Notes under the pieces: model-generated
Database searches by the model: none
What the model was told of the DNA's origin: nothing
What the model saw: the letters and a program-made list of their open reading frames with translations, nothing else
Shown: positions 13,014 to 31,067 of the stretch, in pieces
How the letters are laid out: each line of letters opens with the position of its first letter
Numbering within the stretch: the first letter of the stretch is position 1
Made by a program: the position numbers and the translations under genes
Source: Octopus vulgaris
Lineage: Eukaryota
DNA length: 64,000 nucleotides
Assembly (NCBI GenBank): GCA_951406725.2
Contig: OX597827.1
Coordinates: forward strand, 41,478,001-41,542,000
Direction of reading: 5' to 3'

Positions 13014-13029
13014 CATATTTATATACATT

Positions 13030-13836
13030 TACGAGGTGGCATCAAAAACTTCCCGGGCTACTTATATTCATAAAAAATAAACTTATTTACTTAAGTTTCA
13101 ACATCATCTCTTTTGAAATAGTCACATTGCACAGCACTACACCGGTCCTGGCGTTCCTGCCATTTCGGAATCCGGCATCCTTTGAGCCGTCATTTCCTCT
13201 TAGGAAAGAGATATAAGTCGGCAAGTGCTAAATCTGGCGAAAAGGGCGAGTGCGGATGTGGTACCATGTATTTGGCGAGAAATTCACGACTGAGAACAGC
13301 TCGGTGAAGAATCCAGTTCTTCGTACTCCACAGACCCTGTCGCTTTCGCCGAATGCCTTCCCTCAAACGCTTCAAAACGTCGTAGTAGAACTCTCGATTG
13401 ACGGTCTGGCTCTGGGGGTCGAATTCTCGTTGCGCAATATCACATTTCCAGGGGTGACGCTCTTGGTAGGCTTTCCAGATCGTTCATCGTCCTCCAGAGA
13501 CGTTCTTCTGCTTTTGAAGCGCCCATGCCACTCGACACATACGACCCACTGCCTCGTGGCTGTAAACTTGCCGAAGCTTGTTCAATGTCTCTGTAGCAGA
13601 CTTCCCAAGTTTAACGCAATATTTCACGTTGGCTCTTTGTTCTTGTTCAAGACAAAATCGTAGACCACAGCATATATACGTGATCCCCAAAACACAAATT
13701 TCGCGACTTGCGAAGTAAACACTGTGATATCACTCGGCACATCGCTTCATGAGGGTCACTGCTAACTCTCACTGCGCGCGCAACCATGTGCTGTCGTCTG
13801 TTGGCGCGTTACAGAACTAGTCCGGGAACTTTGTGA
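13030..13836 (-). mobile_element. Mariner transposon relic, internally deleted and frameshifted
   Basis: Peptides EQRANVKYCVKLGKSATET (N-terminal HTH region) and PHSPFSPDLALADLYLFPK (YSPDL motif); TIR-like ends TA-CGAGGTGGCATCAAAAACTTCCCGG and partial CCGGGAACTTTGTGA. Confidence 0.9.
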
Positions 13837-13949
13837 ATGTGTGTGTGTGTCCGTCCGTGTGTATGTGTGTGTGTATGCTGAAGCATGAGCGAGATTTCAC
13901 GTTGCCAGAATAACTATAAGTCTTTTAAATATACGTGACCCAAGTATAT

Positions 13950-14188
13950 GTTTTATTTCTTTATTGCCCACAAGGGGCTAAACATAGAGAGGACAAACAA
14001 GGACAGACAAACGGATTAAGTCGATTATATCGACCTCAGTACGTAACTGGTACTTAATTTATCGATTCCGAAAGGATGAAAGGCAAAGTCAACCTCGGCG
14101 GAATTTGAACTCAGAACGTAACGGCAGACGAAACACCGCTAAGCATTTCGCCTGGCGTGCTAACATTTCTGCCAGCTCGCCGCCGATA
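13950..14188 (-). mobile_element. SINE family A, full length (tail type 2, LINE-like)
   Basis: Perfect 14-bp TSD TGACCCAAGTATAT at 13936 and 14189; tail ...GCCCCTTGTGGGCAATAAAGAAA. Confidence 0.93.
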
Positions 14189-14724
14189 TGACCCAAGTAT
14201 ATATTGCAACTGACGTGACACAAACGTATGGATAAGCATAAATGAACGACTATCGAGCTGTAGATATTCTGGGTTGGGGTCCGGCGTGTTGGGAGTGAGG
14301 CACCTCTTAGCTGTTGCTGAAGCACTTCTCTTGGAGAAGGTCACTGATATAAAACTAGAAATGAAAGGGATGGCATTGAACATTATGGGGGTCATTTGGC
14401 TGGGATTGAGATCATTACTCTCCCACTAACTTGAGTCTGTGACATATCACTTATTGGTACTGAATATTGTGCCTTGGCTTGTCACGTGATCACGTCATTA
14501 GGGTACAAAGGGTCTGTGGGGTGCTGTGCAAGCCTTTTAAGTCATGCAGTCGCCGGGGAGGTCATTATCAGATGCCGGGTCGGGTAGGAGAGCACCGCGC
14601 GTGACCATGAAAGCTGCGGACGCGAACCTGGCTACAGCCGATTACTGGTTCATGCAAGGACATTGATGGCATTTTGAATGGGTAATGGTCCGTGTTGGTC
14701 TTCCACGGTCGCGGTCGGACAATT

Positions 14725-14900
14725 ATCACACACACACATACCTTTATATATACGCGTATGTGCGACGGGGTTCTTTCAATTTTCGTCTCAAATCCACTCA
14801 CAATGCCTTGGTCGACTCGAGGCTGTAGTAGGAGACGCGTGCCCAAAGCGCCACGCAGTGAGATTGAACCAGGAACTATGTGCTACGGTAGCTAACTTCT
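14725..14900 (-). mobile_element. SINE family B 5' half, diverged
   Basis: Similar to family B head and CORE-like region. Confidence 0.75.
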
Positions 14901-15315
14901 TATACATATCTAACTATATGTACACACACACACATATATATATGCATAGCTACACACAGATACACATACACGCATATATGAATAGATGTATATATGTATA
15001 TGCGTGTGTATATATACATACATATGTATATATATGCGTGTATATACATACACATATATATGCGTATATATATGTATATATGCGCATATATATCTACATA
15101 TCTATATATCTACACACACACACACACACATATATATATATCTATCTATATTATATATTTACATGTATTTCTTTTGATGTGTATGTGTGTGTATAGACGT
15201 CCTGTACCCATATATGCAAGTATATATACATATATATATATGTAGGTATGTACATATACGCATGCATATATATATATATATGCATACGTATATATATATA
15301 TATATATATATATTA

Positions 15316-15364
<49 letters not shown>

Positions 15365-15379
15365 ATATATATACATATA

Positions 15380-15423
<44 letters not shown>

Positions 15424-15834
15424 TATATACTGAGTTTTATATTCCAAACTAGAGCTAAAGTAACGTAATCTAATTTACGTACAAGGACATTACACGCAAG
15501 ATACATTAGGGAGAACAAATATAGATATTAAAATGCAATTTCACACACACACATACACACATATACACTTCTCCTTTCTTTCATACACACATATATGCAC
15601 ACGCGTACACACACATACAAACACATATACACACATACACACACATACACACACACTATCTCTTTTACACACTCACAGACACACACACGCGCACACATAC
15701 GCACTCACGCACTGTCTCACGCACGTACTCCTGTATATACGTGTATCCTCACGGTTTCTAGGATTAAGAGATTGTATCGCTGTGTGTGTGGGGAAATTAT
15801 TAAGAATATGGAAGCGGACTGTAAAGCAAGGACG

Positions 15835-17099
15835 ACACCATGACCACCACCACCACCACCACCACCTCCATCACCACCACCACCACACCACCACCACCAC
15901 CACCATCACCACCGCCACCACCACCATCACCATCACCACCACCATAACCACCACCACCATCACCACCATCATCACCACCATCATCACCACCACCATTACC
16001 ATCATCACCACCATCATCACCATCACCACCACCACCACCACCACCACCATCACCACTACTACCATCACCACCACCACCACCACTACCATCACCACCATCA
16101 CCACCAACACCACCACCACCATCACCACCACCACCATCACCAAACATCACCACCACCACCACCACCACCACCACTACTACCATCACCACCACCACCACTA
16201 CCATCACCACCATCACCACCACCACCACCACCACCACACCACACCACCACCACCACCAAACATCACCACCACCACCACCACCACCACCACCACCACCACC
16301 ACCACCACCACCACCACCACCACCACCACCACCACCACCACCACCACCGCCACAACAACAACAATAGCGAATCAATATCAACAAATAGTAATCGACGACG
16401 AGGACGAAAATAAAAACAACAATAGCTGCTGTTGTTGTTATTGTTGTTGCTGTTGTTGTTGTTGTAGTTGTTGTTGAAAGAGAAGCTGGAAGATGAAGGG
16501 CGACGGGGAAGATGTCAAAGGGAAAACAGAATTGCGAGGTAGGGGGGAGTAGGAGTGGGAGAAGGAAGAGGAAAAAGGATTCAAAAGAGGAAAAGATGAT
16601 GAAAACTGAAGAAAAAGTGATAATGGTAGCGATAGTGAGAAGAAAGGAGGAGCAGGAGGAGGAGAAGAGGAAGATGAAGGAAGAGGAGGAGGAGAAGAAA
16701 AGGTGATGAAGGATAAGGAGGAGAAGAAGAGCAAGAAGCATTGGATGGAGAAGGAGGTGGAGGTGAAGTAGAGGAGCAGGAAGAAGATAAGAAGAGCAAG
16801 AGAAAGAGGAAGAAGCACAAGAAGTGGAAGAGCAATAAGAAGAAAAGGTGATGATGATGACGATGATGATGATAATGGCTACCAGCACCATCACCACCAG
16901 CATCAACACCACCACCAGCACCATCACCACCAGCATCAACACCACCACCACCACCACCACCACCACCACCACCACCACCACCACCACCACCACCACCAGC
17001 AGCAGCACCACCACCACCACCATCCACCACCATCACCACCACCAGCAGCAACAGCACCATCACCACCAGCAGCACCATCATCATCATCATCATCATTAC

Positions 17100-17151
<52 letters not shown>

Positions 17152-17362
17152 TATGACTGTCCTGTGTTTTTTTTTTTCTGTTTTGCCCCATGCAAAGAGC
17201 CCAGGACCACAATATTCAACGTGTTCTTCTTTAGGATGATACACAGTATGTTATGCGTGGTAGATTTAGCTGCTATTATTACTACCACGTTGTGCGTCCA
17301 CGAAAAGGCTGCCTCCTTGGTTCAGTGGTAATGATGTGAGTGACGGTGGCATTGGCGAAGGA

Positions 17363-17396
<34 letters not shown>

Positions 17397-17848
17397 GGTG
17401 GTGGTGATGGTGGTGGTGGTGGTGGTGATGATGATGGTGGTGGTGGTGGTGGTGGTGGTGATGATGATGGTGGTGATGGTGGTGATGGTGGTGGTGGTGA
17501 TGGTGGTGGTGGTGATGGTGGTGGTGGTGGTGGTGGTGGTGGTGGTAGTGATGATGATGATGGTGGTAACGACGATGATAATGATAATGATGGTGGTGGT
17601 GGTGATGGTGGTGGTGGTGATGGTGGTGGTGGTGATGGTGGTGGTGGTGATGGTGGTGGTGGTGGTGGTGGTGGTGGTGATGGTAGTGGTGGTGGTGATG
17701 GTGGTGGTGGTGATGGTAGTGGTGGTGATGGTGGTGGTGGTGGTAGTGGTGATGATGGTGATGCTAAGATGCTGGTGATGATGATGATGATGATGATATT
17801 TGTGGTCCTGGTAGCGGCTTTGACGACGACGATGATGATGATGATGAC

Positions 17849-17923
<75 letters not shown>

Positions 17924-18960
17924 GATGATGATGACAGCGACGACGTTGACGGTGAAAACGACGACGACGACGACGTCGATGATGATGATGACGATGATGA
18001 TGATGCTGATAGCGGTGATGATGATGAGGAAACGATGGCTGCCTGCGTAAGAGAAGGAAGAAGGCGGATACAAAACGAGCCAGGTAAAAGTTCACGGAAC
18101 CCGTTGCACGAACGTAGATGACGACCGAGCAAAGGGAGTAGGAGTGGGAGTGGGAGTAGGAGATAGTGAGGGAACGATGGTGCTGACGGTGGTGGTGGTG
18201 GTGGTGGTGGTGGTGATGATACTACTTGTGGCGGCAGTAGTTGCGGGTTGAGTGCGTGTTTGACAGGTTTCGCGGTGGTGGCGCTGCTATCACCCGCATC
18301 ACATGACACTTTTAGAAATCTTATCGTTTCTCTATTAATATAGGATGGTTGCAGCGTGTTTCCATTGCCCTCCTCTCTTTCCTCTCTGTACTATTATAGC
18401 CGCCGTCACCACCGCCACCGCCACCGCCACCACCACCACCACCACCACCACCACCACCACCACCTCAATCACCACCACCACTATCCCCCACCCACCACCA
18501 CCGTCACCACCATCACCACCACCGTCACCACCGCCGTCACCACCGTCGTCGACGTCATGTTCCCCACACCATTCGCTGCACCCCCGCCACGTAGTCACCC
18601 ACGCCGCTGCCGCCGCCATCATCATCATCATCATCGTCATTATCATCATCATCATCATCATCATCACTACCACCAACACCACCGTCTAATCCACTACTAC
18701 CACTTACAAAAAGAACCGAGCCAAACCACAAGAACACCTCTACTGGAACGTCGCCCACCACCACGACCACCACCACCACCACCACAACCAACATCGCTAC
18801 CACCATCACCACCACCACCATCTTCAACATCATCATCATTAGCTTCATCGTCATCACCGTCATCAACATGATCAGCGCCATCATCATCATCATCAGCATC
18901 ACTTCGCCATCATCATCAGCACCCCCCACCCCCACCCCCCACCATCATCATCATCATCAC
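15835..18960. repeat. Large trinucleotide blocks (CAC/CAT; GGT/GAT; CAC/CAT) in alternating orientation
   Basis: Directly visible; CAC-rich 15835-17151, GGT-rich 17360-18030, CAC-rich 18400-18960. Confidence 0.95.
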
Positions 18961-19044
18961 TACGCCAGGTGCTATTTTCCCGTGCATTTGTCATACTCAT
19001 AAAGTCAACTTTATTAGGACCGTATTTCCGTTCGAATGTAAGTG

Positions 19045-19358
19045 CGTGTATATGTATGTATGTATGTACGTATGTATGTATGTATGTATGTATGTTTGTA
19101 TGTATGTTTGTATGTATTATTGTATGTATGTATGTATGTATGTATGTATGTATGTATGTATGTATGTATGTATGTATGTCTGCATGTATGTATGTATGTA
19201 TGTATGTATGCATGCATGCTTGTATGTATGTATATGTGCATGTATGTATATATGTATGTGTATATGTATGTATTATATATGCATGTATGTATATCTATAT
19301 ATGTATATGAATGTATATATGTATATATACACATGTGTATATATATAAGTATATATAT

Positions 19359-19393
<35 letters not shown>

Positions 19394-20011
19394 AATATTA
19401 TATTATATATATGAGTATATATATTTATATGTATACACGTATGAATGTACATAGCTATATATAGTGCATATATACATATGTGTATATTTATAAATATATA
19501 CACACATATTTACAAGTTCATTGTTTAACTATATGCATATATCTGTATGTAGTTATCTATGCATGTGTGTATGTATGTATGTATGTATGTATGTATGTAT
19601 GTATGTATGTATATATATATATGCATATATGTATGTATATATAAATCTGTATGTATGTCTCTATGTATGCTTGTATGTATGTATGTATGTATGTATGTAT
19701 GTATGTATGTATGTATCTATCTATCTATCTATCTATCTATTTTGTGTGTATAAATAGTTGTACGACTGCTACTGTTAAATTTAAGGTTCCACGCATTCAC
19801 ACACACACACACACACACACCCACCCACACACACACACACACGCACAGAGAGGCGCGCGTGCAATACTACACACAAATTACAAAGATACGCATATTCAGA
19901 CCTGTGCGCGTGTGTGTGCGTACGTACTCTTTCACAAATACGCGGCAGTCTCTATTAGCCGCGCGGACACGAATCACAAGAAATATGGTTCCTCTACGTT
20001 CGTACATCTAC

Positions 20012-20101
<90 letters not shown>

Positions 20102-20521
20102 GTTTGTCCATCTATCAAGTGTCCATTCTTACTTCCGTTACCATTCTGAACACAACCTTTTTTTCATTGGTTACTCACTCACACTTCCCCTCCTGTACTC
20201 CTTTTTCTATTTTTTTTCTCTCTTCTTTCACTTATGCAAAATTCGACCCGCACGTGCTTACGCATTCACTCACACACACACACACACATACGCACATGGC
20301 TTTCACTGTCGATTATCGATCTGCATGTATTGACCATCGGTGAAACAGAAACTATCCACTATGAAAGAGTGATCACTCCTATTCACTACTTGCTCTACGA
20401 TGTGTATGTGTGTGTGTGTGCGTGGAATCGTAACATCGATGCCTTTCCCAAGAGCTACTCACAGAGGAGATGAATCAGTTATGCCACACCTCATACACAC
20501 ACACATACGTGTGTGTATATG

Positions 20522-20572
<51 letters not shown>

Positions 20573-20658
20573 TAATGTACATGTATATATGTATATATAT
20601 TATATTATATATATATACATACATGTCCATACATATGTATAGATATGTATGTATATAC

Positions 20659-20689
<31 letters not shown>

Positions 20690-20808
20690 ATATACATACA
20701 TGTATATATGTATATATATGTACATTTATATAATATAATACATATGTATATATGTATGCATATATAATATATTTATACATATATGTACACACACACATAT
20801 ATATACGT

Positions 20809-20880
<72 letters not shown>
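19045..20880. repeat. Compound TATG/TATC/TA/CA microsatellites
   Basis: Directly visible. Confidence 0.93.
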
Positions 20881-20884
<4 letters not shown>

Positions 20885-21605
20885 TTATATTGACAAACAG
20901 ACATATGCATTAGAAATTTGAAAAATTTGAGATATGTTTTTTAATAAACATATAATTTTAGTTACGCTGTGAAAAATAAATCGTAGTTTCGTCATCCACT
21001 TTGTCGTTTCCTTGTCAAAAAAAGTGCAGTTGATCTGGCTAGTTTCTAGCCTTTAGACACCTTCATCAAACGTTCAGTTCTCTTAGAAGTGATAGTTATA
21101 TTCTGTCTACAGAACGAGGCTTATAACTTAAAGCTATTTAAAATGCATACAGAATAGGACACAACTAAATAGGTATGTCAAACTTGCACATAAGGGAATG
21201 TTGGGAATGCACAGTGAATGAATGAGTTAATTAATTAATGCTGATCTGATGCTAATTAATCAAATCTTACATTGTATTCATTATATATAGCCCTTAGCTA
21301 GTGTTGTTCCGGAGCACAGAAGACAGGTATTCTTTGTTTGATGACACTCTGACAAGACTAGAAACGGGTCTGTTTAGGATCACGTATTTTTAGTCAGTCG
21401 AGAAACGGTTGTATGATAACTCTGTATACTTTACCCAGGTCAACTAATATAATTTGTTTATCAAACAATGTTATACGTTGCATTATTTTTCTAATTATCT
21501 AAACACTTGGTGTGGTGATATAATACACACACACACGTGCTGTCGGTGTTTTACCCCCTTCTTTAGGCTTTTCCGTTTTCCTTTCCAAACGCAGAGCTAT
21601 GCTAC

Positions 21606-21678
<73 letters not shown>

Positions 21679-21808
21679 CACATATATACATATATATCCG
21701 AGTTTGTATGATTGTGTATAGAAAAATATGTTAATCAATGAAATTATAACTAAGTTTGATTTTCTCGTTTTATTATTTGCAATTTTTGCAATATTACAAT
21801 ATTGAAAT

Positions 21809-21846
21809 AAACAAGTACTTTCATGCGTTATGCAATCCTCAGGTTT
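21809..21846 (-). ncRNA. Minimal type I hammerhead-ribozyme motif (Penelope-type)
   Basis: Minus strand aaac CTGAGGA t-tgc-ataac-gca-t GAAA gtac tt gttt: stem I aaac/gttt, core motifs and palindromic stem III AAGTACTT. Confidence 0.6.
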
Positions 21847-22125
21847 ATGTAGTGACATTCGTGTTTCACAATTGACAACTGTAGTGAAATGGCTGGATTT
21901 ATCCTTTAACTATCCCCCGACGAGTTGAATTTTACGAACTGTATTTTGACTAGTCAATATATGGATTAGATGTTACAGTTTGGTGCGCGACCAACTAAGT
22001 TCTAACTGTATCTCAACCAATGAGTATGTGGTTTAGATGTCACGGTTTGGTGGACACGTCAAGGAGTCTTTGCTTTGACTGCACCTAAGGGAATAATTGT
22101 TTGGATATATTTTGGAATGTTGTAA

Positions 22126-22492
22126 ACGACGACGAGGGTTCCAGTTGATCCGATTAACGGAACAGCCTGCTCGTGAAATTAACGTGCAAGTGGCTGAGCA
22201 CTCCACAGACACGAGTACGCTTAACGTAGTTCTCGGGGAGATTCAGCGTGACACAGAGCGTGACAAGGCTGGCCCTTTGAAATACAGGTAAAACAGAAAC
22301 AGGAAGAAAGAGTGAGAGAAGGTTGTGGTGAAAGAGTACAGCCGGGTTTGCCAGCATCCTCTGCCGGAGCCTTGTAGATCTTTAGGTGTTTTCGCTCAAT
22401 AATCACTCACAACATCCTTTCTGGGGATCGAAACCATGGTTCTACGACAGCGAGTCCGCAGCCCTACCCATTGAGCCATTGCGCTTTCACGG
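22126..22492 (-). mobile_element. SINE family C head with an alternative body
   Basis: Minus strand GCGCAATGGCTCAATGGGTAGGGCTGCGGACTCGCTGTCG head and GTTTCGATCCC B box; the distal body differs from the 6429 copy. Confidence 0.8.
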
Positions 22493-22496
22493 AGGT

Positions 22497-22636
22497 AATA
22501 TGCTTTATGAGTAAAGCTGCAGAGACATCACAAAAACTGATACTCAGAGTTTCACGCTCCCGTTCGTCGGACAGTTTTGGTTTCTCATCCAAAACTATCC
22601 TACAAGTAACAGTTTCTGTGACACCGTTGCAGCTTT

Positions 22637-22650
<14 letters not shown>
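22497..22650. repeat. Fold-back element with HHR-like core, probable inverted Penelope pLTR remnant
   Basis: ~47-bp imperfect inverted arms, inner hairpin ggacagttttgg/ccaaaactatcc, and minus-strand CCGACGA-acg-ggag-cgt-GAAACTC. Confidence 0.55.
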
Positions 22651-22687
<37 letters not shown>

Positions 22688-22862
22688 TGTGAGTTCGTGT
22701 CTCATAGCCGGCCGCCAACACATTTTTCTGCAAAATAGGGGTAGCTTATCCTGTTCAGGCTATATTATTAGCATTATCCTGCGTTTGAGAATTTAAAATC
22801 ACTGCTTTAACTTTCTAAGACATCTCAACGCTTCTAATGCAAACTTCGTCTGTTTGTTTACG

Positions 22863-22936
<74 letters not shown>

Positions 22937-23114
22937 AAGGCAGAGAGAGAGAATATATGTACGCTGTCAATTTGTGTAAACGCGCGTATGTTTTATTTAG
23001 CATAAAATGCCAAATACCAAATATGTTTTCTGCATTTAATTAATACACACGTATATACACACGCAGACGCACGTACGCACGCAGCTACATGTACCTACAT
23101 ATACGCTCACAGAT

Positions 23115-23165
<51 letters not shown>

Positions 23166-23289
23166 AACAGATGCTTGTATGTACGTATGTATATGTGTCT
23201 GACTGTGTGCGCATTCACGCATGTAGACTCACGCAACATGGAAAAGCCACGTTCCCATCACGTACTTTCAACTCTCATTCACTTTCCTT

Positions 23290-28322
<5,033 letters not shown>

Positions 28323-28340
28323 AGTAACAGTAATAATAGT

Positions 28341-29163
28341 TCAGGACTGAAAGCAGAAATGGAAGGTTTCATATTGGCGGCACAAAATCAAAGTTTGCTT
28401 GCAAAAAAACCAGGCTAACGTTCTTCAAAGCGGTTCTGACCCAAAATGCAGTTTCTGCGACACATTTAACGAAGCAATAGACCATCTCGTCTCGGGATGT
28501 CCTGTGCTGACACCAAACGAATGCAAAAATCGTTACGATAGGGTAGGACAGTATTTACATTGGAAAATATGTAAGAACTACAAAATTTACACTCCTGCTT
28601 CCCGGTATGAACATCATCCTGAGCCAGTCGTTAAAGGTAAAAATGTTACTATCCTCTGGGAACATCGACAGAACGATCCAGATTAATCGAGCAAAAGACA
28701 ATGAAGAAAATACTTGTAGACTAATAAATGTAAGTGTTCTGACCGATAAAAAATATATCTGTAAAAGAATTTGACAAATTAAGTAAATATAAGGACCTGG
28801 AAATTGATATACAAAATATGTGGCATCTTAAAGCGAGAACTGTTTCTGTTATTGTGGGTGCCCTTGCTATGATAAGAAAAAGATATCAAAAACATCTAGA
28901 TAATATCCCAGGAGAACCATGTCTCAGAGAAATCCAAAAGATTGTGCTGGCATGTACTGTCCACATCCTTAGAAAAACCCAATCAGTTTAAACGTCTGAG
29001 TTGGTATTTCACTACTGCCTTTGCCACTTCCTCTTCCCAAGCTTTCAGTAATACTGTAATAATTTCTTATCTTTCACTCGCCCAAGGACACTGGGTGTGA
29101 CTCGGCAAGTGATTGTAACAAACATGCAGATTAAAAGTTAAATAATAATAAATAATAATAATA
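28341..29163 (+). mobile_element. 5'-truncated Dong/R4-like non-LTR retrotransposon (zinc knuckle + restriction-like endonuclease region), disrupted
   Basis: Translates across frameshifts to GLKAEMEGFILAAQNQSL, CSFC..AIDHLVSGC (CCHC), RYDRVGQYLHWKIC, KLSKYKDLEIDIQNMW, VIVGAL; the 3' end runs into (TAA)n. Confidence 0.88.
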
Positions 29164-29209
29164 GTATATATATATATATTATATGTATATACATACATAC
29201 ATACATACA

Positions 29210-29241
<32 letters not shown>

Positions 29242-29331
29242 GTTTATCCAAACATGAAAACACAACAACGCGAGGACGTGGAACAAGTATAGTGTTATTG
29301 GACGCTCAGGAAAGGAAAGAAAGGAGGAGAA

Positions 29332-29364
29332 TTTAACGTTTCGAGCGGAGCTCTTCGTCAGAAA
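29332..29364 (-). ncRNA. Minimal type I hammerhead-ribozyme motif within a Penelope-like remnant (~29245-29435)
   Basis: Minus strand ttt CTGACGA a gagc-tcc-gctc GAAA cgtt aaa: intact core, paired stems I and II, palindromic AACGTT. Confidence 0.75.
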
Positions 29365-30094
29365 CACAGAAAATGTAAGGTCCAAGGAAGGGAAGACAGA
29401 GAAAGAAAATCGCCAACGATACACACGCGGTCACATACATATATACATACATACATGCATATAATATATTTATATATATATTGGTAAAAACGGTAAGATA
29501 ACAAAAGAAAGAAAGAGACCTCAATATTATGTAAATAGAAGACATTTATCTGTAAAATAATATATGACAATTATTCAATAGCCAAGATAAAACTCCGAGT
29601 TTCGGATGCCGAGGTAGAAATCCAGAACACTATCTCTTAGGGCTTAAAGTAATTGGCACCTGTTTATACAAAATATACATATTAGAACAAATATATACAT
29701 TCTGTTATCTTCCCAGGACATGACTCACGTTTCTAGTGGTCACAAGACTCGTACGACACCGCCTTCAGCGGTTAACTGGAGAAAGTCTCTGATTCTACAT
29801 ACAATGTCATGCGACATAGTGGAACCGAGTGAAATATCAATAGCTGAGATGTTCATTTAGGAAGCGAACACTCTACGTGTAAAAGCTGACAGTAAAACGG
29901 CTTATCTTTCGAAAAGAATAGCAATAAAAATCCAAAAGGGACATTCTATAAAGATAAAGAAGTGGATGAAATCTTCATGTAAATTCTGAATGATTCCTCA
30001 AAAAGCTTGACCTACCATATAGCAACGAACAGTCACGTCCATCGCATGACTAGTTACGACGAATTCTCACAGACAAATTCTGTTTTGAGAAATA

Positions 30095-30240
30095 CTGCCC
30101 ACTTGGAGATACGGACATGCTTTGGTGGGGTGTATGTTTGTTTCTGGGTGTTCTGTAAAGCGAGAGTAAAAATATAGCCAATCTATTTGGTACTGGTGTC
30201 AGCCAAGATGAAAAGCGACAGAATCATGTCAAAGGAAATA
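30095..30240 (+). pseudogene. Possible piggyBac-like transposase relic
   Basis: Weak cross-frame resemblance (LEIRTCFG / LFLGVL*SESKNIANLFGTG) to the piggyBac EI..F.GL...GV segment; recognition only. Confidence 0.25.
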
Positions 30241-30453
30241 GTGAGTACACAAAGCCCAAAAGATTGATAAAAATCTGATTCATATCAACCAATGAAACTA
30301 CGGTGGGATGGCTATTGGAAAATCGATTAAGATATTACCAAGAGACGTGATTTCAATGTAAGAATAACAAAGCATGACTGTACTGTGAAAGTTTTTCGTC
30401 TCTGGTCAGAAGAAAAACATACAAGAAACTGTCAATATTTGTTTATGCCTAAT

Positions 30454-30727
30454 CTAGTGGTTTTCAACCGGGACCCACAAAAACCTCGAAGGTCCAGTTA
30501 AGATTTTATTGTTAAAATGTATGTTCAATAAATTGGTTATACGTCTATAAAACATCAAATAGCTTAAATATTTTTATACATTACCTAATAATATATAATT
30601 ATAAAAAAATAATAGAGTATTTAATTATAAAAATAATAACAGGATTTTTTAAACATCGAATTGCTATGAAGTTCCATCCGAGTAAAATAGGAGCCAGAGG
30701 TAAGAAAAAATGTTCGAGAAACATTGG
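30454..30727 (+). mobile_element. hAT-type MITE, old
   Basis: Degenerate TIRs TAGTGGTTTTCAACC / TTCGAGAAACATTG; related inverted copy at 31685-32174. Confidence 0.65.
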
Positions 30728-31067
30728 TCTAATCAGATCAGGAAACGAATCACCAGGATGTAATCGACGACTGCATCTCAAAACCAATGCTTTTTATGGA
30801 TTATCTTGTCAATGGTGAGACACATTGTCTCGACGAAATTGCAGTTAAGAATCAATTCAGCGGAACGAACACGTTTTCCAAGCAACGTAATTCCGCGCAG
30901 TATTTCAACAGAGGTTAGTAAGCTGAAGGAATGTAAAAATATATGTCTTGGCGAGACACACAGATACTGAAAACCTCCAAATTGTAGTAGGGTTATGTTT
31001 AATTAAGAAAATAGAGCCTTGTTTCTGAAGCTCAGAGTAGAGTTGGATACATTGAAATATATATTTC

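Noticed and set aside
14200-14720. GC-richer unique stretch as a possible exon
   Set aside because: No convincing splice pair or protein motif; more likely a decayed retroelement.
15533-17156. Poly-His/Thr/Gly ORFs resembling low-complexity proteins
   Set aside because: Trinucleotide repeats open on both strands; no splice or codon evidence.
21035-21372. Two oppositely oriented TTGATGA...GAAAC motifs
   Set aside because: C3 of the core is missing and stems I/II do not pair convincingly; at most a decayed Penelope remnant.
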